64,000 nt of DNA from contig CBDDLC010000002.1 of NCBI GenBank assembly GCA_965230495.1, positions 137,029 through 201,028 of the forward strand, written 5' to 3'. Under the pieces are notes generated by a model. That model ran no database searches. It was not told where the DNA came from and saw only the letters and a list, made by a program, of their open reading frames with translations. The DNA comes from Saprospiraceae bacterium (GTDB lineage: Bacteria; Bacteroidota; Bacteroidia; Chitinophagales; Saprospiraceae). Of the stretch, positions 1 through 10,871 are shown piece by piece. Both the position numbers and the translations under genes were made by a program. Within the stretch, counting starts at the first letter, position 1; each line of letters starts with the position of its first letter.

Positions 1-290
1 CCAATGAGTTGAACAAATTTAGGGAACAGATAGATACAATCGACGAAGAATTAATCCATTTGCTGTCAAATCGAATGAAGATAGCTCGTTCTATAGGTTT
101 GTACAAAAGACAAAATAATATTACGATCCTACAGAGCTTAAGATGGAGCAATATTCTCAAAAAGTTTATTGCAAAAGCAGAAAATACAGGACTTAGTGAA
201 AGATTTATAAAAAGTTTAATTCAGGCTATTCACGACGAAAGTATTGATACTCAAGAGGAAATTATTACAAAAAACACTATTAATGATTGA
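1..290 (+). CDS. Chorismate mutase (AroQ type II) domain; the 5' end may lie outside the window
   Basis: The sequence REQIDTIDEELIHLLSNRMKIA...FIKSLIQAIHDESI fits the AroQ helical chorismate mutase pattern. The frame stays open to the window edge, so this could be the C-terminal domain of a fused protein or a standalone TTG-started gene. Confidence 0.7.
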   Translation, partial: NELNKFREQIDTIDEELIHLLSNRMKIARSIGLYKRQNNITILQSLRWSNILKKFIAKAENTGLSERFIKSLIQAIHDESIDTQEEIITKNTIND

Positions 291-360
291 TTGTAGTTTT
301 AGATTGTTAAATTGTGATAGACACTCCGGATAAGACAATAAACATTAACATTTCGCACTT

Positions 361-3300
361 ATGAGAATAATATTTGGGATATTAATAACTAGTATTTTTT
401 TTGGGACAATAAATGGTCAGGAGAATTTTGATTTTACGAACCTAAAGAATCTAAAATTCCGAAGTATAGGACCTTCCGGAATGAGTGGCAGAGTTACGGC
501 CATTGATGTAGACCTTAAGGATACGGATAGGATTTTTATAGGAACTGCTTCAGGAGGAGTTTGGAAATCAGAAAATGGAGGCACTACATGGAAACCGATA
601 TTTGATGATCAGCCGACACTTTCTATAGGATCATTAGCTTTAAACAAACGTAATGCTGATGAAATATGGGTGGGAACCGGAGAAGGCAATCCACGTAATT
701 CTATGAATACTGGAGCAGGTATCTATAAGTCAATAGACGGTGGTAAGACATGGAAATGTATGGGCTTAGAAAAGACAAAAGTCATTCACAGAATAAAAAT
801 ACATAGAGACAATCCGAATATTGTTTATGCCGCTGCTATGGGTTCTCCATGGGGTGAAAGTGAAGATAGAGGAGTATATAAAACAACGGATGGTGGCACC
901 ACATGGTCCAAAGTTTTATATGTTAATAATTTAACCGGTGCAGCAGACCTTGTCGTGGACCCAAACAATCCTAACAAGTTGATAGCGGCCATGTGGGAGC
1001 ATAAAAGAACTCCTTGGGATTTCGTATCTGGAGGAGAGGGTTCAGGACTATATTTGTCTTATGATGGAGGTGAAAATTGGAAAAGAATAACAGAAAAAGA
1101 AGGCTTGCCTAAAGGTGATTTAGGAAGAATTGGAATCGCTATATCTCCCTCAATGCCAAATATAGTATACGCCCTTGTTGAGGCAAAAAGAAATGGACTT
1201 TACAAATCTGAGGATGGTGGAGAGAAATGGAAGTTAGTTTCTGAGAAGAATATAGGAAATAGACCTTTCTACTATTCAGAAATTTATGTAGACCCTGTAA
1301 ATGAGAATAGAATTTATAATCTATGGTCATATGTGTCTTTGAGTGAAGATGGTGGGAAAACCTTTCGAACCATAATGAATTATGGAAATAATATTCATCC
1401 CGATCATCATGCTTTCTGGATACACCCTAATGATCCGAACTATATCATCAATGGTAACGATGGTGGACTGAATATATCAAGAGATAGAGGCGTGAATTGG
1501 ACTTTTCTATCGAATATTCCCGTTGGACAGTTTTATCATATCAATATTGATAATGATTTTCCTTTTAATATTTATGGAGGTATGCAAGATAACGGTTCTT
1601 GGGTAGGACCTTCGGCTGTTCTTAAAAACGGAGGAATTAGAAATTACGACTGGCATGAATTATATTTTGGTGATGGCTTTGACGTGGTGCCTTTCCCTGA
1701 TGATTCCAGATACGGTTATGCTATGTCACAGGGGGGGAATGTCTCTTTCTATGATAGAGAAACAGGACATAACAAGTTTTGTAAGCCTGTACGTCCGGAT
1801 ACCGTAGATTTAAGATTTAATTGGAATGCAGCTATAGCTCAAGATCCTTTTAATTCTTGTGGAGTATACTTTGGGAGCCAGTTCGTTCATTACTCGACGG
1901 ACTGTGGAAATTATTGGGATATTATTTCACCTGATCTAACAACTAATGATACAACTAAGCAGCATCAAGATATTAGTGGAGGATTGACCATTGATGCCAC
2001 TAATGCTGAAAACCATACTACTATACTGTGCATTTCTCCCAGTTCTTTAGATGATCAGAGAATATGGGTGGGAACAGATGATGGTAATGTCCAACTCACT
2101 TTAGATAAGGGTGGAAATTGGACCAACCTTAGTAGCAGAATTACAGGAATGCCTAAAGGAGCCTGGATTCCTCAGATTATACCTTCAGTTTATAATGAAA
2201 GAGAAGCGTTTGTAGTGGTAAACGACTATCGCCGCAATAATTATCAACCATATATATATCATACTACGAATGATGGTTTGACATGGAAAAGCGTTATTAC
2301 TGGGATAGATCCGTCTACTTTTGTTCTAAGCCTTGTGCAAGATCATAAAAACGAAAAACTTCTATTCGCAGGAACTGACCACGGATTGTATTTTTCTTTA
2401 GACAAGGGGAATCACTGGCATTATTGGTCAGAAAATATTCCACATGTGCAGATTACTGATCTGAAAATTCATCCTAGAGATAACTCCTTGGTAGTGGGAA
2501 CATTTGGTAGATCGATTTATATTTTGGATGACATCTCACCTTTACGGACCTTGTCGGATTCGCCAAATGTTGTGAAAAATAAGTTGGCGATATTATCAGC
2601 TTCTGATGGTTATAGTTTTTATAGGAGACCAGCAGAAGGCGTAAGATTTATTGCTCAAGGAGATTTCGTGGGAAAAAATAGAGGATTTGATTCAAGAGTT
2701 TATACTTGGATTGATTCTGAAGATGAGGACAAAAAGCACAAAGTAAAAATTCAGTTAGTGGATGAAAAGGTAGATACGATTCGTACTTTTCATAGAGAGT
2801 TAAAGAAAGGAATTAACATGATATCCTGGAATGGAAAAATAGATGGTATTAGATATCCTGGAACAGAAGAGAAGAAGGGAGATGATTTGCCATCAGGTTT
2901 GTCAGCATCAGAAGGAGAATATGAGATCATACTTACATTAGATAGCCTGATTGAAAAAACAAAACTAAGAATTTATAAAGACCCAAGAGTACAATATGAT
3001 TCTAGAAATGTAGCAGCTCAAAGAAATGATTTGAAAACTTTGGAGAGTATTGCAAAATCCGCTACCGAATCATTTGATAAGCTTAAGGAGATGAAAGAAA
3101 ATATGGATAGAGTCGGAAAGATTATTAAAGTTAGCCTAGATTCGATTCCTATGGAGTGGAGGGATTTACATAATGATTTAAACGATCAGATTGATAGTTT
3201 GAGAAAGTTGTATGTCATGCCAAAAGATATTAAGGGAATTCAAAGAAACCCCAATAATGTTCTTAGCAGTATATGGACGGCTAGACGATATTTAAACTAC

Positions 3301-3468
3301 CCGATGGGAAGATCCTTAAATACTCAAAGAGCTTTGGATATTGCCAGAGAAAAAACTGAAATGGCTAATAAAGCAATATCAGATTTTATAGATGGAGATT
3401 GGAAAGAGTATGAAGAAAAAGTGAATACAAGCACATGGGATATATTGAAAAAAGTGACATCAGATTAA
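361..3468 (+). CDS. Secreted BNR/Asp-box repeat protein (sortilin/Vps10-like, glycosyl-hydrolase-like beta-propeller)
   Basis: N-terminal signal peptide. About ten SxDxGxTW Asp-box motifs (SENGGTTW, SIDGGKTW, TTDGGTTW, SYDGGENW, SEDGGEKW, SEDGGKTF, TLDKGGNW and others). Confidence 0.7.
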   Translation: MRIIFGILITSIFFGTINGQENFDFTNLKNLKFRSIGPSGMSGRVTAIDVDLKDTDRIFIGTASGGVWKSENGGTTWKPIFDDQPTLSIGSLALNKRNADEIWVGTGEGNPRNSMNTGAGIYKSIDGGKTWKCMGLEKTKVIHRIKIHRDNPNIVYAAAMGSPWGESEDRGVYKTTDGGTTWSKVLYVNNLTGAADLVVDPNNPNKLIAAMWEHKRTPWDFVSGGEGSGLYLSYDGGENWKRITEKEGLPKGDLGRIGIAISPSMPNIVYALVEAKRNGLYKSEDGGEKWKLVSEKNIGNRPFYYSEIYVDPVNENRIYNLWSYVSLSEDGGKTFRTIMNYGNNIHPDHHAFWIHPNDPNYIINGNDGGLNISRDRGVNWTFLSNIPVGQFYHINIDNDFPFNIYGGMQDNGSWVGPSAVLKNGGIRNYDWHELYFGDGFDVVPFPDDSRYGYAMSQGGNVSFYDRETGHNKFCKPVRPDTVDLRFNWNAAIAQDPFNSCGVYFGSQFVHYSTDCGNYWDIISPDLTTNDTTKQHQDISGGLTIDATNAENHTTILCISPSSLDDQRIWVGTDDGNVQLTLDKGGNWTNLSSRITGMPKGAWIPQIIPSVYNEREAFVVVNDYRRNNYQPYIYHTTNDGLTWKSVITGIDPSTFVLSLVQDHKNEKLLFAGTDHGLYFSLDKGNHWHYWSENIPHVQITDLKIHPRDNSLVVGTFGRSIYILDDISPLRTLSDSPNVVKNKLAILSASDGYSFYRRPAEGVRFIAQGDFVGKNRGFDSRVYTWIDSEDEDKKHKVKIQLVDEKVDTIRTFHRELKKGINMISWNGKIDGIRYPGTEEKKGDDLPSGLSASEGEYEIILTLDSLIEKTKLRIYKDPRVQYDSRNVAAQRNDLKTLESIAKSATESFDKLKEMKENMDRVGKIIKVSLDSIPMEWRDLHNDLNDQIDSLRKLYVMPKDIKGIQRNPNNVLSSIWTARRYLNYPMGRSLNTQRALDIAREKTEMANKAISDFIDGDWKEYEEKVNTSTWDILKKVTSD

Positions 3469-3516
3469 ATTATTAACTTTATAATCTTATTTATTTTATT
3501 TGAAATCAATGATGTA

Positions 3517-5052
3517 ATGCAAAAGGTGAAATTTTTACTGATCATTTTAATGTCTACTATAGTTTTGAGTGAAATAGAATCTCAGGATTCTCTTAAGATG
3601 AGAATGATGGCCAGAGTAGATGGTATGCCCGGAAATGAGTATAATGATATATGGGGATATATTGATGACGAAGGTAAAGAGTATGCCATAATTGGTAGTA
3701 GTGAAGCTATTAACATTTATGACGTAACCGATTGTAGTAATCCTGTGTTGATACAGGAGGAGGTAGATGGAAATAATACAATATGGAGAGATTTTAAAAC
3801 ATATGACCATTATGTTTATGGTGTTTGCGATCAGGGAGCAGAGGGACTAGAAATAATCAATATGGAGGATGAGTCTTTTGTCCAATATACAGGAGATTTT
3901 GTGAGAGCTCACAATATTTTTATTGATGAACCCAATGATAGATTGTATGTAGTTGGGAGCAATACAGTATATGAAGGGATGATAATATATGACTTAGCTG
4001 CTGATCCTTGGAATCCAACTCTTCTAAAAAAAGTAAGGATGGATACATTGATAGGAATGTCATCTCTGAATTTGTATATTCATGATGTTTATGTAAAAGA
4101 TAATATTGCCTATGCTTCCCATGGATATTCAGGGTATTATATTTGGGATGTAAGTGATGTTGAAAATATTACCCTTTTGGGAGATGATGACTCAATACCC
4201 GGATACAATCACAGTAGTTGGTTGGACGATACAGAAGAATACTCTTATATGGCAAGAGAAGTTCCAAAAGGAATGGCTATGGTTGTGTATGAACTGAACG
4301 GTAATACTAATCCAGTAGTTATTCATGAATTTAAAGACCCTTTAGAATCGCCAACATCAGACAATAATAGACCTCATAATCCCTTTGTGCTAGAGGATAA
4401 ATTGTTTATCTCATATTATGAAGATGGAACTGTAGTGTATGACATCAAAGATCCTGAAAATCCTAGTTTGTATGCATACTATGATACTTATAGTGATAAC
4501 AATGGATCGGGATACGGTTCTAATTCAAGCTATAATGGACAGTGGGGAGTATATCCGTATTTACCTTCTGGATGTATCATAGCTTCTGATATTTCATATG
4601 GACTTTATACAATGAATATTGAATTAGGGGAAGTAAAGCAGACCTCGGGAGATCTTTTATTGCTAGACGGGAAGTTGGTTCAAAAAGATTTGCTTGGAAA
4701 TACTTTTGCTATCGGTGTAGATATAAACGAAGAGGTAGAAGTTACTCCGTATGTAAGTTCAACAGTTGAGACGAAGTTGATTAAATCCGATTTTCATTTG
4801 GAGACTAGTAATTCAGGAATATATTTTAAGGCAGAATCAGGCAATACGGTAAAACTCACAGTCAATACTGACGGAACAATAAATATTTCGCAAGCCACTC
4901 CACCTCTTTCCACGTTTGCTGAAGTACAACAAGGAGACCTCATTATTGAAAATGTAGGTAAAGGGGTAATCCTAACCGATAGCAACGGAGACTGTTGGAA
5001 ACTCCGAGTTGAAGATAACAGTCTGGTGAGTTATAAAGCTCCTTGTTGGTAA
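3517..5052 (+). CDS. Choice-of-anchor B / LVIVD-repeat-like secreted protein
   Basis: Signal peptide. The YNDIWGYIDDEGKEYAIIGS...INIYDVTDCSNPVL pattern is typical of choice-of-anchor B beta-propeller proteins. Confidence 0.55.
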   Translation: MQKVKFLLIILMSTIVLSEIESQDSLKMRMMARVDGMPGNEYNDIWGYIDDEGKEYAIIGSSEAINIYDVTDCSNPVLIQEEVDGNNTIWRDFKTYDHYVYGVCDQGAEGLEIINMEDESFVQYTGDFVRAHNIFIDEPNDRLYVVGSNTVYEGMIIYDLAADPWNPTLLKKVRMDTLIGMSSLNLYIHDVYVKDNIAYASHGYSGYYIWDVSDVENITLLGDDDSIPGYNHSSWLDDTEEYSYMAREVPKGMAMVVYELNGNTNPVVIHEFKDPLESPTSDNNRPHNPFVLEDKLFISYYEDGTVVYDIKDPENPSLYAYYDTYSDNNGSGYGSNSSYNGQWGVYPYLPSGCIIASDISYGLYTMNIELGEVKQTSGDLLLLDGKLVQKDLLGNTFAIGVDINEEVEVTPYVSSTVETKLIKSDFHLETSNSGIYFKAESGNTVKLTVNTDGTINISQATPPLSTFAEVQQGDLIIENVGKGVILTDSNGDCWKLRVEDNSLVSYKAPCW

Positions 5053-5057
5053 GAAGC

Positions 5058-6071
5058 TTATTCGCAGATAATTTCTTTAAAAAAAGTAGCTGATAAACTT
5101 TCTAGCTGATCTCTGTATTCGGAAAAGTCATCAGAAGTATATATCAAGGTGTGATCACCACCAGGAACGGTTAGCAGTTGATTTTTAAATCCATTTGCCT
5201 CTGCATAATCATTCAGACTCTTACTTCCATAAATAGGAATAATATCTACAAATAACACACTGACAAAGTCATATTCATATGGAACGGTATTGTCATTATC
5301 ACCATGAAAGCTAAATACAGGTGGATCATCAGCGTCGAGATACTCCAATCGGTATATACCACCTGATAGGTTCAAAACTCCAGCTACCTCAGAGGAGTAA
5401 CTCAAATTTTCAGCATCGCCACTCTGTCCTTCAAGTCCACCAGATCTTTCTACCATATCAATAACATGCTGTTCCGTTAAATCTTCATCATCCATGATAG
5501 CTGCATTGAGGCTGGCAATGGCACCAGCAGAAACGCCTCCAATAAATATTTTACTCTCATCTATATTATATGGATTGCCATTGGCTGCGTCTTTGCGAAA
5601 GTGTCTGATGGCAGCTTTGATATCGAGAGAAGCTTTGTAAGCGGTCTCTAAAGCATAAAGCGAATCAGAAGCTAAGTTTAAAAAATTATCGGTCAAACGA
5701 TAATCTACAGATGCTGCAACATATCCTTTGGCAGCAAATTGCTCCGCAAAACTTTGCATAGTACTTCGGTCACCAGTAAAAAAAGCACCACCAAAAGCCA
5801 AAATCATAACAGGCCTGTTCTCAATGTCATCACCCTTGGGTGTATAAATATCCATGAATAACTCCTGCATTTCGCCAGAGTCATTTAATGCTTCTCCAAA
5901 TTTAACAGTACTTACTTCAAATTCTTCAAATTCATTGTCTAAATATCTATTAGAGGTACATATAGCATCTGCGGGATTCATATTATCATTAGTATCCATG
6001 TCACTGTCATCGGAGCAAGAGTTTAATACTAACAATAGAAGTGGAACAAAAAGGCAAAGACTCTTTTTCAT
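5058..6071 (-). CDS. Alpha/beta-hydrolase lipoprotein (carboxylesterase/lipase type)
   Basis: Lipobox LVLNSC. Oxyanion-type GGAFFTGD motif, nucleophile elbow GGVSAGA, and a C-terminal GDHT motif. Confidence 0.65.
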   Translation of the reverse strand: MKKSLCLFVPLLLLVLNSCSDDSDMDTNDNMNPADAICTSNRYLDNEFEEFEVSTVKFGEALNDSGEMQELFMDIYTPKGDDIENRPVMILAFGGAFFTGDRSTMQSFAEQFAAKGYVAASVDYRLTDNFLNLASDSLYALETAYKASLDIKAAIRHFRKDAANGNPYNIDESKIFIGGVSAGAIASLNAAIMDDEDLTEQHVIDMVERSGGLEGQSGDAENLSYSSEVAGVLNLSGGIYRLEYLDADDPPVFSFHGDNDNTVPYEYDFVSVLFVDIIPIYGSKSLNDYAEANGFKNQLLTVPGGDHTLIYTSDDFSEYRDQLESLSATFFKEIICE

Positions 6072-6151
6072 AAGTTGTATTTTGTCATTAATGAGATTTA
6101 AATCCCCTAATTTTATTCAGTTTCGCTTAAACGTAATTTACTGACCTTTGT

Positions 6152-7522
6152 TTAGTTTTCAAGTTCAATCAAAGGGTCAATTTTCTTATATATCTTTTTT
6201 TGACTTATAAATGTAACATATGCACCCAAGGTGAGACCTGTATATTTGGATTCAGCGGGTTTGAAAATCCCAAATACATTTTCAAAGTTAATAAATCCTC
6301 TAAAAGCTCCTAATTTTAGTTCACTCAATAAATCTAGATATAAGGATTTAGAGCGATACCCCAAGGAGCTTCCTACGGTCCACCAATTGAAAATTTTTCT
6401 TCCAAATTGCAGAGAAAATGTAGTCCAATTATTATTGTGAACAGATCTATATCTTGCGACCATTCCAAAAGAAGTTCTATCCGAATACTGCCAAAAATAG
6501 TTGAATGTGGCATCAAAAGGAAGGGAAGTGTTATATGTTTGTCTTGTTTCCTGAAAGTTTAAAATATCGTACAGTGAATCCTCAATGATAATATCATCAG
6601 GGTCTCCTATATAGTCCGATATATCAAGGCCGGCAAATCCTTCTTGCCCTATAGAAGAAAAATTCTTTACTCTTCGGTCCCATGTAATGCTTCCTATGTT
6701 GTTAATTGCAATGCCGATATGGGATGTTTCATTAAGATGAACTCTGGCACCAATATCTAAACCAAATCCAAAATTATACTTGAGAAGATTGTTTAGCGTA
6801 TAGCCGTTATAATCAAATGAAAGATCATCTAAACCTTGATAATCGAAAAGAGCAGATGTATTGATTATATAGTTGTTTTGAAGATTGATAGCATATATCT
6901 CGTCATCGGTGGTAAACTCAATACTATTCTCATCTGTCGAAATATCTTCTACTCCATTTATTATTTTTCCTCTGACACCAAAATCTATATTGCCAACTGA
7001 GAAGTGTGTTCCTAAATATAGTTCATGATACGATTGTAGAAAGAGCTCGGGTCCTATTTCTAAAGTTTGTCCTATGTAAGTGGCATTTCCAAAAGCCAGC
7101 AGACCCATTAAATCTTTGGTTAATCCTACTTGTCCTACTACATTGAAGGAACCACCTATACTGATTCCAAGGCCTTTTAATTTGAAATATAAGCTGCCAT
7201 AGTCGAGTTTTACCATCGCACTACTTTGATTGATGTCTTTAGCCTCTTCGTAGGCCTTGTCAAAGCTAAAAAATCGTTTTCCTTCTATTTCATCTGTAAT
7301 TAAATCGGCTAGTGAAAAACCTTGATTGGCGTACATAAAGTGAAAAGTTGGTAAGCTGAGGTTAAATTTGTCAGTGCTGACCATTGCCGGGTTTAATTGT
7401 GAACTTTGATGATTATTCTGAAGCATAAATAATAAGTCTCCTTGACTCATTAAAATGATCTTTGTAAGAAACGTAAATGCAAATAAGAATATATATCGCT
7501 TGTTTGAATTAATTCTTAACAT
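6152..7522 (-). CDS. Uncharacterised putative outer-membrane beta-barrel protein
   Basis: Signal-like N-terminus. Long stretches of alternating hydrophobic/polar residues rich in G, Y, F and N, with an aromatic-rich C-terminal region. It overlaps the upstream lipoprotein gene by 14 nt. Confidence 0.4.
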   Translation of the reverse strand: MLRINSNKRYIFLFAFTFLTKIILMSQGDLLFMLQNNHQSSQLNPAMVSTDKFNLSLPTFHFMYANQGFSLADLITDEIEGKRFFSFDKAYEEAKDINQSSAMVKLDYGSLYFKLKGLGISIGGSFNVVGQVGLTKDLMGLLAFGNATYIGQTLEIGPELFLQSYHELYLGTHFSVGNIDFGVRGKIINGVEDISTDENSIEFTTDDEIYAINLQNNYIINTSALFDYQGLDDLSFDYNGYTLNNLLKYNFGFGLDIGARVHLNETSHIGIAINNIGSITWDRRVKNFSSIGQEGFAGLDISDYIGDPDDIIIEDSLYDILNFQETRQTYNTSLPFDATFNYFWQYSDRTSFGMVARYRSVHNNNWTTFSLQFGRKIFNWWTVGSSLGYRSKSLYLDLLSELKLGAFRGFINFENVFGIFKPAESKYTGLTLGAYVTFISQKKIYKKIDPLIELEN

Positions 7523-9014
7523 CTAAAATAGCTCCCATTTTAATACTGAAAATATAATCATCATAAATTAGCAGAGATTCCTCAGAAACCTCATTTGAAC
7601 TCATTTTAGCCTGAACTCGTATTTTTTCCGTAGCTAAAATTTTATCCATTTTAAAGGAATCGAAGATAATAGTGTCCAATTTTTCAAAGGCCATACTTGT
7701 TCTTCCATTGGATTGCAATTCCGGGGCTTCAATGTATAAAGGTTCTTCAACGAGGGAATCTAAAATGTTGTCATTTATATCTAAAAAGTGAGCCTGTAAA
7801 TATATATCGACAGGGAATTCATTTTTTGTTATCAGCTTAAATTCTGAACGATCTATTTCTTCGTATTTAGTTAAGGAAAAATCAAAGGTGTCAGCTAGAA
7901 CAAGGTCATTTACTTTTCCCAATAAAGGTAATTCTACGCCAATGTTAACACTAAAAAAACTCTCCTCAGCTATGAATTCCATAGGATCGTAGACATCGTC
8001 CGGATTAGCTAGGGCATTCATTTCGTAGGTCACTCGCGAAGGTTTATCATTAAGTAAAGTTCCTACGTTGGAATTTTCTTTATCAAAAGAGAATTCTGTT
8101 GTCTTGGTAACACCTACTTCAGAAAGAGAAGGATAGTCAAAATCAATTCCCTGATTGATATATACGCTTTCTACATCTCTTGTAATACCATTAATTGAGC
8201 TGATTTTAATAAACTCTACTTCACTTCTAACAGGAAAGCCAAATGCATTTTCAACTTCGAGATTGATTCTAGGATCTTCGAAAAATAATCCTCCACTTAT
8301 CCAATTTCCAAAAAGGCCAATAGTAATTATATCTCCGTCAATATCAAATCTATGTTTACCAAAATAGCCTTCTACATAACTAAATACCACTTCATCAATC
8401 ACCATGGCTAAATAATCCAATGTGACAGGATTTCCAGATTCGTCTGTAGCTTCATAATCAAACGCTAAAGAGTTATCTTCAGGTTCGAGTAAATATCCTG
8501 CTACACTTTTTTGAGAAGAGCTGACCACATTTTGAGAATTGCCGTCACTTAGCCAAGAGTAATCCATCATAAAAAAATTACCAGATGGATCTTTAATATG
8601 GTTAGTACTAATTTTAAGATCTATATTTCCTTGAAAACTACTGGAATACTTAAAGCTTAGATTGGTATTTTTAAATCGTGCTTTCTTTATATCGTATTTA
8701 TCAGGAAAAGGTATTTCAAGAAATTCTCCGCTTGCTGTAATTACCAACTCTTGCTCGAAAGGTAGGGGAGGAAATAGTTTTACAGCACTGTCCTTTATTA
8801 GTTCGCCGCTATAGATGGCAGTTACTTTTCCATCAGGTTCTATCCTTAAATAACTGGATTGATCTTTTTCGGCTAATTCGTTAACGCTTATATCGCTATC
8901 AATAATTGGGACAGCGATTTGAAGTTCTTGATTTTCCAATTCAATATTGTCATAGCTTGAAGTGTTTTGACATGATAGCAGCAGCAAAAAACAAATTAAA
9001 ATATTGAATCTCAT
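7509..9014 (-). CDS. Uncharacterised lipoprotein (about 500 aa)
   Basis: Lipobox LLLSC followed by polar residues. I recognised no catalytic motif. Co-oriented with and overlapping the 6152..7522 gene. Confidence 0.4.
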   Translation of the reverse strand: MRFNILICFLLLLSCQNTSSYDNIELENQELQIAVPIIDSDISVNELAEKDQSSYLRIEPDGKVTAIYSGELIKDSAVKLFPPLPFEQELVITASGEFLEIPFPDKYDIKKARFKNTNLSFKYSSSFQGNIDLKISTNHIKDPSGNFFMMDYSWLSDGNSQNVVSSSQKSVAGYLLEPEDNSLAFDYEATDESGNPVTLDYLAMVIDEVVFSYVEGYFGKHRFDIDGDIITIGLFGNWISGGLFFEDPRINLEVENAFGFPVRSEVEFIKISSINGITRDVESVYINQGIDFDYPSLSEVGVTKTTEFSFDKENSNVGTLLNDKPSRVTYEMNALANPDDVYDPMEFIAEESFFSVNIGVELPLLGKVNDLVLADTFDFSLTKYEEIDRSEFKLITKNEFPVDIYLQAHFLDINDNILDSLVEEPLYIEAPELQSNGRTSMAFEKLDTIIFDSFKMDKILATEKIRVQAKMSSNEVSEESLLIYDDYIFSIKMGAILDVKN

Positions 9015-9100
9015 TAAATAAATTTTAATTCCCTTTGAGAACTAAGTTCCGCCAAAGATAGATCAAAATGTCACAATTTATATAAAGAACGTATCCGTCA

Positions 9101-9535
9101 TTAATTTGGGCCCATTTCTTTGTAAAATATTAGGTGCCATTCATTTCCAACTTTTGCAAATCTTCTTATCATGGAAAACTGTCCTGTATAATCAGAAGTG
9201 GACTCTGTGATTATTTCTTTGAAATTAGTAAAACTTCTTTTAAACGTTCCTTTCATATCATTGAATGGTTTATGAATAATCCAGGAGTTTTTTTGCCATA
9301 ATGTGTCTTGATGGGTAGGATTGTCAGGACTTATTATGGTTACTCCAGCGAGTGGAAATATTATGTGGTCAATTTGATAGATACTGTCTTTATGAAATTG
9401 TTCATAAAACTCCCTAAAATCATCAGGTAGAGTATCTTCGAAATAGGAGTCTAATTCATTTTTTTCGGCCGTTTCATTTTTATCCTTACAGGCGAATGCT
9501 GATAAAAGAAAAACTACAATCCAAAACCTTTTCAT
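9101..9535 (-). CDS. Small lipoprotein of unknown function
   Basis: The likely start is the internal Met (MKRFWIVVFLLSAFAC, a lipobox). The longer ORF in the track would overlap the PPTase gene. Confidence 0.4.
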   Translation of the reverse strand: MKRFWIVVFLLSAFACKDKNETAEKNELDSYFEDTLPDDFREFYEQFHKDSIYQIDHIIFPLAGVTIISPDNPTHQDTLWQKNSWIIHKPFNDMKGTFKRSFTNFKEIITESTSDYTGQFSMIRRFAKVGNEWHLIFYKEMGPN

Positions 9536-9548
9536 AACACGTTTAATT

Positions 9549-10184
9549 TTAACATAAATAGCACAACATAAATTCTTCAATCATAAACGCTTTTCCCTCA
9601 TAATTATTTGAAAAGTCTTTGGTTCGAAGAATCCCAGAAATATTTGAATACTCTAAGTGCTTATATTCGAAATCTAAAATCTTCATATGGTCTTTAAAAT
9701 TCAGATTTTTTTTTCCATATGCCTTGTAAATTGACTCTTTTGCACCCCAGTAGATATGAAGTTTTTCCAGATGGTGTTCAGATTGTTGAGCAGTGTTTTC
9801 GTCAGATCGAATGAATTTATCTTTTATTCTTTCAATTTTGGTCACTAATTTTTGAATATCTACACCAATACTATTTTTACTAGCTATTACCGCACACATA
9901 TTAAATGAGTGACTTATGGAAATGTAGTATTCTGAATCTTTCAGATATGGTTTCCCATATTGGTCTTTAATACAAGGTCCCCTAAGTTTTCGTCCTGATA
10001 GTATATGAAGTAGATACCTGCTACATAACCATTCAAACTTTTTTTTAGAAGTGAGAGGTTCTATTTCATCAAGTTCTTCCTCATACAAATCTAGGTTTGA
10101 TTCAAAGAATTCGATGTCCTCATCCATACGCCAAACACCTAGTTTGATATCTGGATAAAAATCTTTTTTAAAGACTAAAGGCAT
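9549..10184 (-). CDS. 4'-phosphopantetheinyl transferase (Sfp-type)
   Basis: IGVDIQ metal-binding motif and the W-x-AKES-x-x-KA motif (IYWGAKESIYKAYG). Confidence 0.75.
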   Translation of the reverse strand: MPLVFKKDFYPDIKLGVWRMDEDIEFFESNLDLYEEELDEIEPLTSKKKFEWLCSRYLLHILSGRKLRGPCIKDQYGKPYLKDSEYYISISHSFNMCAVIASKNSIGVDIQKLVTKIERIKDKFIRSDENTAQQSEHHLEKLHIYWGAKESIYKAYGKKNLNFKDHMKILDFEYKHLEYSNISGILRTKDFSNNYEGKAFMIEEFMLCYLC

Positions 10185-10264
10185 TAGTCAAATATCTCAC
10201 TTACATTCAAGAAATTGGAATGATTTGTTGAAAAATTATTAAGAATCAGTGAAAGGTAATAATA

Positions 10265-10624
10265 TTAATAATTATCAATTCTAAGTTCTGTTACCTTGGA
10301 GTCTTCGAAATACAAAAACAAACGATATGCTCCATCTGATGTGGAAATTTTAGAAACTCTGTAGTTGGTGTTTTTGGAATTTCCTGAATGAATATCTTCA
10401 ATATTACTGATTGATTTGCCCTTGAAAAAAGAAGCGAGCATTTTGGATGCAGTAGCTTTGTCAACGAACTCTTGATTGTCATTCTCACAGTAGGTGACAT
10501 CACTATCCAGTTGACTACTTATACTTTGGAAATCCTTGCTTTTAAGATGTTCGTAAAATATACTAGCGTTTTGAGCATTGGCAAATTGCACACCTAGTAA
10601 CAGCAATAAGATTAAATTTTTCAT
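10265..10624 (-). CDS. Small secreted protein, DUF4783-like (SnoaL-like fold)
   Basis: Signal peptide, about 100-aa mature domain, and a pattern recalled from the DUF4783 family. Confidence 0.4.
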   Translation of the reverse strand: MKNLILLLLLGVQFANAQNASIFYEHLKSKDFQSISSQLDSDVTYCENDNQEFVDKATASKMLASFFKGKSISNIEDIHSGNSKNTNYRVSKISTSDGAYRLFLYFEDSKVTELRIDNY

Positions 10625-10871
10625 TTATCTTGATGTTTCTTTAAAAATTAGACTACCAAATATTTATAAAATAACTTGGACGTCAGTATACACTTAAAAC
10701 CCATTTCTACTCATATTTGTTACTTTTTTAAACTTTACTTCTCAGTGGTTGATTTAGTGTATTGAACCATAAAACGTTGAAATATTATACTTTAGTTCAA
10801 TTATTTTGAAGAAATCTGATTAAATCAGGTTTAGAAAATATGATCTCAAAACAGTAAATGACAATAAAAGA

